The position numbers and the translations under genes are program-made. 32,000 bases of DNA, taken from the NCBI RefSeq assembly GCF_035285525.1, contig NZ_JAYKGW010000248.1:1-32000 (forward strand). Reading direction: 5' to 3'. Positions 17,533-25,088 of the stretch are shown piece by piece. Below the pieces are notes generated by a model that was not told the DNA's origin, made no database searches, and worked only from the letters and a program-made list of their open reading frames with translations. The stretch is from Okeania sp. Lineage in GTDB: Bacteria > Cyanobacteriota > Cyanobacteriia > Cyanobacteriales > Microcoleaceae. Each line of letters opens with the position of its first letter. The stretch's first letter is position 1.

Positions 17533-19155
17533 ATGTTAGAAAGTATTATTTTAATATTATTAATCGGCTTTTTTGTCGGCGAAATAGCCTTTAGATTAAA
17601 AGCACCACCCCTAGTCGGAATGGTCTTAGTGGGAATATTATTAGGTCCCCAAGTTAGCAATACCATCGACTCTAGCATTCTGCAAGCTGCTGACTCCCTG
17701 AGAGCGATCGCCGTAACTATAATTTTAATGAAAGCAGGGTTAGGGTTAGACAGAGAAAAATTAGCACAACAGGGAACTGTAGCACTCCGGTTAGGTTTTC
17801 TCCCGGCAACCTGTGAAACTATTGTTGTTGCTCTCGCAGCTATGTGGTTACTTAATTTTGACTTTGCTACCGGGTTATTACTGGGTTGCATTATCGGTGC
17901 TGAGTCGCCCGCAGTTATTGTTCCTGGAATGTTGCGTCTCAAAAGTTTGGGTTGGGGCGTAACTAAAGGTATTCCTGATGCTATTTTGACTGGTAGTGCT
18001 TTATCAGATGTTTTGCTGTTGTTAGTTTTTAGTTTACTGCTGGCATTTTTGTCCCAGGGAACAACAATTGTAAATTTACCTGGTGGCATCACTCTCAACG
18101 CTTTACAAATATTACCGTTCCAGGTTATTTTACAAATTATTTTGGGAGCGATCGCCGGATGGTTGACAGCACGAATATTAGTATTGTTGTTAGTCAAACA
18201 AAATTGGACTAAAAATGCCACCCAGGATACTTTGGTGGCAGCAAGTATGGCTTTATTGTTAGTCGTCTTAGCAGCAAAATTTCCTGTATTTTCTGGTTAT
18301 TTGGCAGTTATGGCAACAGGATTTTTTCTGATCGAACTTGATGCACCTCTGGCGCGACGGTTAAGAAATGGTTTTGATACTTTGTGGTTGGTAGCGCAAA
18401 TAATTTTGTTTGTCTTGCTCGGTGCAAGTATCCCTTTGCCAGTGCTGGAAAATGTCTTATTGGTAGGGTTGTTAATTTTAGCCGTCGGTACTTTAGTCGG
18501 ACGAATGATCGGTTGGTATCTCTCGACTTTAGGCAGTAATTGGAATTTGCGAGAACGTCTATTTTTACTGCCAGGAAATTCTGCGAAAGCAACGGTGCAA
18601 GCTGCTATTGGTGCTATTCCTCTAGCAGCAGGTATTGAAGGAGGAGAAACAATTTTAGCGATCGCTGCCTTATCAATATTAGTCACAGCACCTTTGGGAG
18701 CTTGGGCAATACCTACTTTTGCACCCAAACTCTTAGAAAAAGGAGAAGTCGATCCGACAAAAGTAGCGATGGCTCGTCGTATTATTTTGTTAGCTGCCGT
18801 TGATACTTCACCTCTTGCTGTGGATGTGTTGTCAAAAGTTGCCGAGTTAGCAAGACGTTGTGATGGGGAAGTTGTGGTGTTGCACGTTATGCAGTCTGAT
18901 GATGCGGAAAGTATTGATCGACTGCAACAGCAAACCAAGCAACTTTTAGCAGATATTCGGTATCGGTTTATAACTGTTACGGGTGTGGTATCAGAGGAAA
19001 TAATTTCTATTGCGCAAGAGTATAGAGTAGCAGAAATAGTGATAGGAAAAAGAGGGCATCGTTTATGGGAAAATGTGTTAGTTGGTTCCGTTTCTCAAAC
19101 AGTTTTGGAAAAGAGTTTAATTCCTGTGACAATAGTTGAAAAAATAAAAATATAG
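17533..19155 (+). CDS. Cation:proton antiporter (CPA family Na+/H+ exchanger domain) fused to a C-terminal universal stress protein (Usp) domain
   Basis: 540 aa. Residues 1 to about 400 are polytopic with Na_H_exchanger-like segments. Residues from about 415 (nt about 18775-19155), RRIILLAAVDTSP...VVVLHV...IVIGKRGH...GSVSQTVLEKSLIPV, match the Usp alpha/beta fold pattern. Confidence 0.9.
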   Translation: MLESIILILLIGFFVGEIAFRLKAPPLVGMVLVGILLGPQVSNTIDSSILQAADSLRAIAVTIILMKAGLGLDREKLAQQGTVALRLGFLPATCETIVVALAAMWLLNFDFATGLLLGCIIGAESPAVIVPGMLRLKSLGWGVTKGIPDAILTGSALSDVLLLLVFSLLLAFLSQGTTIVNLPGGITLNALQILPFQVILQIILGAIAGWLTARILVLLLVKQNWTKNATQDTLVAASMALLLVVLAAKFPVFSGYLAVMATGFFLIELDAPLARRLRNGFDTLWLVAQIILFVLLGASIPLPVLENVLLVGLLILAVGTLVGRMIGWYLSTLGSNWNLRERLFLLPGNSAKATVQAAIGAIPLAAGIEGGETILAIAALSILVTAPLGAWAIPTFAPKLLEKGEVDPTKVAMARRIILLAAVDTSPLAVDVLSKVAELARRCDGEVVVLHVMQSDDAESIDRLQQQTKQLLADIRYRFITVTGVVSEEIISIAQEYRVAEIVIGKRGHRLWENVLVGSVSQTVLEKSLIPVTIVEKIKI

Positions 19156-19194
19156 TTGTTTCTTTCCATCAAAAACTATATTTTCAAGATAGGG

Positions 19195-19222
19195 TTGACA
19201 ACTTTATTTTTTCTGTTACTAT
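19195..19222 (+). promoter_or_regulatory. Sigma70-like promoter candidate (TTGACA-16 nt-TACTAT) with no ORF downstream
   Basis: Perfect -35 TTGACA (19195-19200), 16-nt spacer, -10 TACTAT (19217-19222). It points into the ORF-free tandem duplication. Confidence 0.35.
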
Positions 19223-19287
19223 TTAGATAATAAATTGAACCAATAATTCTCTGTTGATGAAACTATATTTAGATACTAGCCGATTGA

Positions 19288-19793
19288 ATTGAATAGAATA
19301 TTTGATGACCAATCTCAGGTAAGAATATATTTAGAATCAGTATCAATGACTCTGATTTTTTTATTAAAAGAAAATCAAACATTAGAGATTGTCTCATCAG
19401 AAGCTTTGGTAACAGAAACTAATAATAACCCATACAATAGACATCTCCAAAAATGAAAAATAAAATCAATTATTATCCATAAATTATCAATTATTTCTTC
19501 CTGTTCCCACATATCTAGTGTTCCCTGTTTCCTCTTTTCTGGAGATGTCTATTGAATAGAATATTTGATGACTAATCTCAGGTAAGAATATATTTAGAAT
19601 CAGTATCAATGACTCTGATTTTTTTATTAAAAGAAAATCAAACATTAGAGATTGTCTCATCAGAAGCTTTGGTAACAGAAACTAATAGACATCTCCAAAA
19701 ATAAAAAGTAAAATCAATTATTATCTATAGATTATCAATTCTTCTTCCCTGTTCCCTCCATACCTGTTCCCTCTTTTATGGAGATGTCTATTG
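19288..19793 (+). repeat. Tandem segmental duplication, period 263 bp (copy 1 19288-19550, copy 2 19551-19789), each with a nested IR element ATAGACATCTCC...GGAGATGTCTAT
   Basis: ATTGAATAGAATATTTGATGAC...GTAACAGAAACTAAT is near-identical in both copies. Copy 1 has an extra 15 bp (AATAACCCATACAAT). The nested IR elements lie at 19437-19552 and 19685-19791. Confidence 0.9.
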
Positions 19794-19828
19794 GTATAAT
19801 TTAGAATTAGGGAAAAATAGTTAATATT

Positions 19829-19916
19829 GTAGGGGCGTTTCATTTCGCGCCAGCGTTTCGCTATGCGATATATAAAGCGGAGCTTTGCGGAGCGCAAAAC
19901 GGCCGTTCGCCCCTAC
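19829..19916. repeat. IR-bounded G+C-rich element GTAGGGGCG...CGCCCCTAC
   Basis: 9-bp terminal IRs. The interior ATAAAGCGGAGCTTTGCGGAGCGCAAAAC is the inverse of the core of the 17331-17484 element. Confidence 0.75.
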
Positions 19917-20004
19917 TGACGGTAAAATTATATTGCTCCGAAGCCACCGGATTTGATATAATTACTTTAATTGCAATGATTTGTGCAAAACCCACTGATC
20001 CGAA

Positions 20005-21471
20005 TCACTCTTGCACCCCAAGCTTTTTACCACTACTCGTCAGCAGAGATACAGTAATAAATGCTACCAAACCCACTAAAGGAGAAATTAAGGTAGGAAA
20101 GCCATCAAAATCAGCAGTAAAAATTGAATTTTTGATGTATAATAAAGTGTTATCGCTACCAAACATTTTGGGCATGAAAACGAACAATATTAGTCGAGTT
20201 CCCGTTCCGGCAATGACGCAAGCTAAAGCCCCGTATTTATTTGCTTTCGGCCAATACAAACCCCCTGCTAGAGGAACTAATAATCCTGCAAACCCCAAAT
20301 CGAAAGCCAACAACAACAAAATCCCAGTCTGGGGAACCAAAACAGCAAACAAAACCCCTAAAGACGTAATGCCAAAAGCCATCAACCGAGTCAACCTTAA
20401 TAAGCGATCGCCACCAATATCACGATTGCCTTGGCGAATACCAATCACATTATGGGCAATCACTGAAGAAGTACCGAGAATAGCTCCATCAGCAGTAGAA
20501 AGGGAAGCAGCAAGAATAGCAGCAATAACCAGCAAACCTAAAACTGGTGGAATTACCCCTTTGATTAACGCTAAAAGTAAGGGACCTTCAGGAGTAATAC
20601 CTGCTTGAGCTAATATTTGGGGAGCAGATAGAGCCATTATCGAAAATGGTACGCCGATAATTACCGTTCCTGCTGAAGCGATCAAACAAGCGCGTTGAGC
20701 AGTTTCCGGACTGTCAGCCGCAAAAATTCGTGCCATAAAGTCGATCGCCACAATATCTCCCAAACCGAGTGCTAACAAAGTTGCCCAGTTAATCGCAGCT
20801 CCAGCAGCAGGAGCTGCTAATTGCTCTAAAGCCAATGGCCCCATTCCCTCTGGTATGTCAAGGCCAAAGTTGACCGCCATAAAACTAAACAATACCATAG
20901 TACCAATAAAAGCGATCACTGCCTGAATAGCATCGGTATAAACTATAGCAAACATTCCTCCAGAAGCAGTATAGACAAATACAATAATTGCAATCAGTAT
21001 CACCCCAAAAGCATAGCTAGTTCCTAAAAAAGTCTGAAAAACGTAGCCCCCTGCCACCAAATTTCCTGCCAGCAAAAACCCAAAGCTCAAAACCATGATC
21101 GTAGAAACCAGAACTTCCGTTAAACGTCCGTATTTGACTTGATAAAAGTCTGGGAGGGTAATTAATCCCATGCGGTTCATGGGTTTAGCAAAAAATATAC
21201 CGCTCAAAAGCAAACACAGAGCTAATCCCAAGGGTAAAGATGCTCCCGCCCAAAAGCCAAATTCACTAGCTAGGTCAGTATTACCCAAGGTAGCATTGGA
21301 ATCAACAGACTGGGCCATCAAGGTAGCAGCAGCTAGGGGGAGGGTGAGGCGACGTCCGGCGACAAGGAAGTTGATGCTATCTCCTTTAATTTGTCTGGCA
21401 GTCCAGATACCAATGCCTAAAGTAGCAAATAAGAAAAGGATAATTCCGCAAAAAAATATTATATCTGTCAT
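20005..21471 (-). CDS. Sodium:solute symporter family (SSF) transporter, substrate unknown
   Basis: 488 aa, about 13 TM. The N-terminal pattern GIGIWTARQIKG..NFLVAGRRL is typical of SSF. The antisense track ORFs 19976-20608 and 21170-21502 are shadows. Confidence 0.9.
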   Translation of the reverse strand: MTDIIFFCGIILFLFATLGIGIWTARQIKGDSINFLVAGRRLTLPLAAATLMAQSVDSNATLGNTDLASEFGFWAGASLPLGLALCLLLSGIFFAKPMNRMGLITLPDFYQVKYGRLTEVLVSTIMVLSFGFLLAGNLVAGGYVFQTFLGTSYAFGVILIAIIVFVYTASGGMFAIVYTDAIQAVIAFIGTMVLFSFMAVNFGLDIPEGMGPLALEQLAAPAAGAAINWATLLALGLGDIVAIDFMARIFAADSPETAQRACLIASAGTVIIGVPFSIMALSAPQILAQAGITPEGPLLLALIKGVIPPVLGLLVIAAILAASLSTADGAILGTSSVIAHNVIGIRQGNRDIGGDRLLRLTRLMAFGITSLGVLFAVLVPQTGILLLLAFDLGFAGLLVPLAGGLYWPKANKYGALACVIAGTGTRLILFVFMPKMFGSDNTLLYIKNSIFTADFDGFPTLISPLVGLVAFITVSLLTSSGKKLGVQE

Positions 21472-21658
21472 AATGTTATTCCTTGTCAGTTTTACTTTTT
21501 AAAGTCCCATTGTTTTTGGCTAGGATAATCATCCTATTGCCCAAATCATAATCCTATTTTGGTTTTGGTGATAATACTTCTCCTTGCCAAAAGCCAACTT
21601 GGTTCCCTTGTCTAGTAAGGCTTGACTTTTTTAACCACTAAATCAGGAATATCGTAAC

Positions 21659-22033
21659 ATGGCATGGATTTATTTAATGATAGCGGTAGGCTGTGAAATT
21701 ATCTGGGCTATTAGCTTAAAGGCAACTGCAGGATATTCAGAGCTTTGGCCATCTGTTTTTAATGCAAGTGTTTTAACTATTAATATTTATTTTCTTTCTC
21801 GTGCCGTCAAAACTTTGCCTGTTGCTGTAGCTTATCCAATTTGGACTGGTTTAGGTGGTGCAGGAGTGGCAATCGCCGCAGTTGTATTTTTCCACGAAAG
21901 TCTGGGAATATGGCAAATAATTTGCATTCTAGCCATAATTTTAGGAGTCATTGGTTTAGAAATTGGCAAACCGAAAGAAAATGAGGAGAGTCTGGGAAGT
22001 GTTGAAAGTCTAGGAAGTTTGGAGAACGGATAA
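21659..22033 (+). CDS. SMR-family transporter, SugE/Gdx (guanidinium exporter) subtype, subunit 1
   Basis: MAWIYLMIAVGCEIIWAISLKAT.GYSELWPSV...LPVAVAYPIWTGLGGAG closely parallels the SugE/Gdx pattern (MxWIxLxIAGxxEVxWAxxLK...PS...LPxGTAYAxWTGIGAxG). The tail ESLGSVESLGSLENG is low-complexity. Confidence 0.85.
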   Translation: MAWIYLMIAVGCEIIWAISLKATAGYSELWPSVFNASVLTINIYFLSRAVKTLPVAVAYPIWTGLGGAGVAIAAVVFFHESLGIWQIICILAIILGVIGLEIGKPKENEESLGSVESLGSLENG

Positions 22034-22077
22034 AAAATTCGATTGAGTATTTCAAACCTCTAGCTTTAGTCAGAGGT

Positions 22078-22113
22078 ACTGATAACTGATAACTGAAAAA
22101 GCTGATAACTGAT
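22078..22113 (+). repeat. STRR-type heptamer array ending CTGAT immediately before ATG 22114
   Basis: ACTGATAACTGATAACTGAAAAAGCTGATAACTGAT followed by ATGAG. Confidence 0.9.
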
Positions 22114-22440
22114 ATGAGTTGGGAATGGATTTACTTAATACTCGCGATAATTTTTGAAATTATCTGGGGTTTTACTTTGAAAAGTACAGAGGGATTTACC
22201 AAGTTTATTCCTTCTGTTATAACGATAACAGCTTGTGGAGCTGGGTTGTATTTTATTTCTCTTTCTGTTAAATTTTTGCCAATAGCAATAGTTTACCCCA
22301 TCTTCACTGGATTAGGAGGTGTGGGAGTTGCGGTCTGTAGTTTCCTTTTTGACAAGGAAAAATTGAGCTCGATCCAAATCTTTGGCATTCTGATCGTTTT
22401 GGTAGGATCTGTGGGATTGAAGCTAGCTGAGATTCAATAG
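22114..22440 (+). CDS. SMR-family transporter, SugE/Gdx subtype, subunit 2 (YkkC-like, FTGLG variant)
   Basis: 108 aa. The TM1 Glu is in IFEIIWGFTLK. FIPSV and VYPIFTGLGGVG are present, with Phe where the partner has Trp, as in B. subtilis YkkC versus YkkD. Confidence 0.85.
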   Translation: MSWEWIYLILAIIFEIIWGFTLKSTEGFTKFIPSVITITACGAGLYFISLSVKFLPIAIVYPIFTGLGGVGVAVCSFLFDKEKLSSIQIFGILIVLVGSVGLKLAEIQ

Positions 22441-22502
22441 TTTGAGTTATTTTGGGTGCATTGAAAAGAATTTGAGTAATACTAACAGGACTAAAGTCAT
22501 GG

Positions 22503-22587
22503 GAACCCAGAAACCTGGTTTCTCCTAAACGCTTACAGTTCAAAACAACGATTTGCAGTAGGAACCGGGTTTCTTTGCGTAAGTTCT
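22503..22587 (-). repeat. NIE/MITE-like element, same family as 363-448 (inverted)
   Basis: Its reverse complement reads AGAACTTACGCAAAGAAACCCGGTTCC...AAATCGTTGTTTTGAAC...GAGAAACCAGGTTTCTGGGTTC. Confidence 0.7.
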
Positions 22588-22625
22588 GTACTGTTATACA
22601 GCGGTTTTTATTTTAGTAAACCACT

Positions 22626-22663
22626 GTAGGGACGTTGCATAACAAAAATGCCAACGTCCCTAC
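22626..22663. repeat. Palindromic hairpin repeat, GTAGGGACGTTGCA family
   Basis: GTAGGGACGTTGCAT-aacaaaaatgcc-AACGTCCCTAC. Confidence 0.8.
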
Positions 22664-22696
22664 AATATTTGGGTTATGGTGATGTGGTTTATCCAC

Positions 22697-22788
22697 AGGA
22701 TTTACGCAGCAACCTTAGACATGGTGCTTAAAACCCCATACGCAATAGTTTTTTCACTATATATATATAGTACCTTTGCGTAAGTCCT
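22697..22788. mobile_element. MITE/NIE-like element, AGGACTTACGCA family (one degenerate end)
   Basis: AGGATTTACGCAGCAA...ATATATATAGTACCTTTGCGTAAGTCCT. The right end and the ACTATATATAG core match the 28035 and 29175 copies. Confidence 0.7.
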
Positions 22789-22799
22789 ATCCAGGTAGT

Positions 22800-24446
22800 T
22801 TAAATCACTAGCAACAATTCTAAAAATCGTTCCCAGGTAAGCTCTTTACCTCCAATTCGCTCTCGCAAAAAGGTTAATTCCTCATCAGAAAAGGGAGGCT
22901 CATTCACACTGGCTAACACTACATTCATTTCTTCTGGCTCCAACACTCCATTCCCATCCTGATCAATGGGAATAAAGTAAGTGGCAAACTCATCAAGTCT
23001 TGACATCAGACGACGGTGGCGTAGCATTAATTCCCCAAATTCGGAGAAATCAATTTCCCCACTGTTATCAGCATCCATGCTAGAAAACAAAAAGCTAAGT
23101 TCCTCCTCACTCATAGCATTCCCAGCTTGCTGCAAGTGATATCTGAGTTCTTCTAAAGACAAGCTGCCACTACTATCTTGGTCAATAGCATCAAAAATAT
23201 AACGTAGGTCATTTTTGATTTCTAGAGGTGCTTGCTCGAAAAAGATTTTGTGATGCTCCCCTTGCATAGCAGAGTGTAACTGGCTGCGAAAGGCCGAAAT
23301 TGCTTCCCTGGCTGTGAGGTAGCGAAACCGATGTTCTTCAGGACAAGCTACGGCAAAGGGAGCAACAGGTACTAGGGAAGAGATCGAACGCCGTAAAATC
23401 AGGAAGCAGGCATAAGTACCCAAGTGAAATGAAACGGCTAAAATAGGTAATCCCAAGGGAGCGATCGCCAGATTCAATAACCATTCAACTACTGCTGCTC
23501 CAAAAGCTCCACCACAAGCAAACAGAATACTTTTTCGATTAGGTGCATAGAAAATGCCCCCAATAGAAATCGCGGTTAAAGCTGAGTTGTATCCTAATAA
23601 ACCAGCGTACACCATATCTCGGTCTATTCCCACTATAATTGCTACCAACATACCAATAGCAGATCCCAGAGACCCTACTAAGGCTCCCATCGGACTACAC
23701 AAGGCTAAAGCAATAATAATTAATACAGCAGAAACTAAGTTGTCTGAAAAAAAGATTTGACCGATGCCAGTGATGAGAGAGGATAAAATACTCATCCCAT
23801 CTAAAGACTCAGCCGGAGGAAATGGTGGCGGTGGGCCAAATTCAAAAAAAGGTTGGGGAACATAGATGGCAATTATTAGAAAACTATAGGTGACAATTTG
23901 AAATGGTACTGCCATAGACGGGAGTCCTAGACGTGTCGCCATCCAGTTTCCCAGATACTCCATTAATACAGTGCTGAGGGCAGCGCCAGCGATCGCTGCC
24001 AGTACCCAAAACCAGTTTCCCGTACCATTGCCCCAAGGACTAAAAGTTCCTAAAGCTAGTCCGACCAAAGCTCCATTTAAGCCAAAAACACCATTACGAA
24101 CACTAGGGCGATCTAGATTCATCAAAAAGCCTGTCCAGGTAGCTGTCACAACTCCAACAACTAGCATAAAGGCTGTCCAGGGCGATTGAATAAAAATTGC
24201 TAGAGTGATGAGTAGTCCAGAAATTGGATTATTAGCAAATCCTACTTGACCAATGCCACGAAAACTGGCATTGATAAAATCTAAAAGGGGACGCTGCTCC
24301 AAGGCATCATTGAGGTCTTGCATGGTTCCCATAATGGGCAAGGGATGCCGATGAGAAGTTTTTTCTGACTTCAATAAACGAGAAAGCAACTCATGGAGAG
24401 GCAGAGGTTCAGAATTGTTTTGAGAAATTTCAGAGGCATTTGACAT
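22800..24446 (-). CDS. Urea transporter (UT family) fused to a C-terminal EF-hand calcium-binding module
   Basis: 548 aa. The UT signature FRGIGQVGFANNPISGLLITLAIF and the second-half LGYNSALTAISIGG are present. The tail (residues about 405-548, nt 22800-23234) has three canonical EF loops, DQDSSGSLSLEE, DADNSGEIDFSE and DQDGNGVLEPEE, plus a degenerate fourth. Confidence 0.9.
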   Translation of the reverse strand: MSNASEISQNNSEPLPLHELLSRLLKSEKTSHRHPLPIMGTMQDLNDALEQRPLLDFINASFRGIGQVGFANNPISGLLITLAIFIQSPWTAFMLVVGVVTATWTGFLMNLDRPSVRNGVFGLNGALVGLALGTFSPWGNGTGNWFWVLAAIAGAALSTVLMEYLGNWMATRLGLPSMAVPFQIVTYSFLIIAIYVPQPFFEFGPPPPFPPAESLDGMSILSSLITGIGQIFFSDNLVSAVLIIIALALCSPMGALVGSLGSAIGMLVAIIVGIDRDMVYAGLLGYNSALTAISIGGIFYAPNRKSILFACGGAFGAAVVEWLLNLAIAPLGLPILAVSFHLGTYACFLILRRSISSLVPVAPFAVACPEEHRFRYLTAREAISAFRSQLHSAMQGEHHKIFFEQAPLEIKNDLRYIFDAIDQDSSGSLSLEELRYHLQQAGNAMSEEELSFLFSSMDADNSGEIDFSEFGELMLRHRRLMSRLDEFATYFIPIDQDGNGVLEPEEMNVVLASVNEPPFSDEELTFLRERIGGKELTWERFLELLLVI

Positions 24447-24630
24447 GGCAAGTTTATACTATGTAAGATAAAATTTGTCCCTGTAATTATACTATGGATA
24501 AGTTTTGAATTTTCCCCTGATCTTCCCTAGATGCTTTTGCTAGTGCATCCTTCCTAAAACTTTCCATAAAGATGAGCCAGCAAAGAAAATTTTAGTAGCG
24601 ATCACTCAAATAATTACTCCTAAAATATAT

Positions 24631-24768
24631 AGGACTTACGCGCGCGCAACGTATTTCTGTCATTGCGTCAGCAAGCGACAGCGTTTCGCTCCGCATTCAT
24701 GTCGCGGAGCATTCCGGACCGAAAGCAATCTTCAGCCTTGAAATTGAGTTCCTCATGGCTTTAGTCCT
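24631..24768. mobile_element. MITE/NIE-like element, AGGACTTACGC head with degenerate right end (GGCTTTAGTCCT)
   Basis: AGGACTTACGCGCGCGCAACG...GCGTTTCGCTCCGC... is a G+C-rich interior in an AT-rich gap. Confidence 0.6.
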
Positions 24769-24979
24769 GATATATTTAATTGCAACTTACAGCAGATTTG
24801 ACCTGAGTGAGGTAAACCAGGGCAAGCTTTTCAGCCCGCACTACAAAGTATTTCCATAACTTAATCTTTACCTCATCTGCCTGAAATATACTGTCAATTA
24901 GTTCACATTATTTTTTTATACCTTTTAAAATAAATTCTGCTGAGTTTTTCTTCTGCTCAATGCTTGTTTTTATAAAAAC

Positions 24980-25007
24980 TTGACTTTTGTTACTTCTATT
25001 GTATAAT
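24980..25007 (+). promoter_or_regulatory. Near-consensus sigma70-type promoter (TTGACT-16 nt-TATAAT) about 80 nt upstream of the binding-protein gene
   Basis: TTGACT at 24980-24985, 16-nt spacer, TATAAT at 25002-25007. The ATG is at 25089. Confidence 0.5.
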
Positions 25008-25088
25008 CATCCAATGTATCCTCCTTTTAAAGAAACTCTAGAGTATTAAATAGAGGATAATATTAATCATTCTCATAGAAAGTAAAAG

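Noticed and set aside
17499-18938. Long minus-strand ORFs (17499-18221, 18297-18938, 18308-18592) opposite the antiporter-Usp gene
   Set aside because: These are antisense shadow ORFs of a well-supported plus-strand gene. Their products are low-complexity and Pro/Ser/Ala/Asn-rich with no motifs.
19346-19704. Duplicated micro-ORF (36 aa at 19346-19456, 31 aa at 19609-19704) kept in frame across the 15-bp indel between the tandem copies
   Set aside because: The copies are otherwise identical, so there is no evidence of selection, and a 3n indel has a one-in-three chance. There is no SD. The C-terminus (RHLQK) is encoded by the inverted-repeat arm of a nested element.
19976-21502. Plus-strand ORFs 19976-20608 and 21170-21502 overlapping the SSF gene
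   Set aside because: These are antisense shadows of the symporter gene. Their composition is basic and Pro/Lys-rich, typical of reverse-frame readthrough of a membrane-protein gene.
21622-21650. TTGACT-17 nt-AGGAAT as a promoter giving a near-leaderless SMR transcript
   Set aside because: The -35 is good, but the -10 candidate matches the consensus at only three positions and no better hexamer is correctly spaced. That is too weak to report as a feature.
21472-22113. Guanidine riboswitch (ykkC, mini-ykkC or ykkC-III) ahead of the SMR pair
   Set aside because: I could not find the conserved cores. There are no paired ACGR-loop hairpins, no GGGA/ACGR-type ykkC junction sequences and no CCGGACGAGG-like ykkC-III core. 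The region is AT-rich and partly heptamer array. A covariance-model scan is still needed to be certain.
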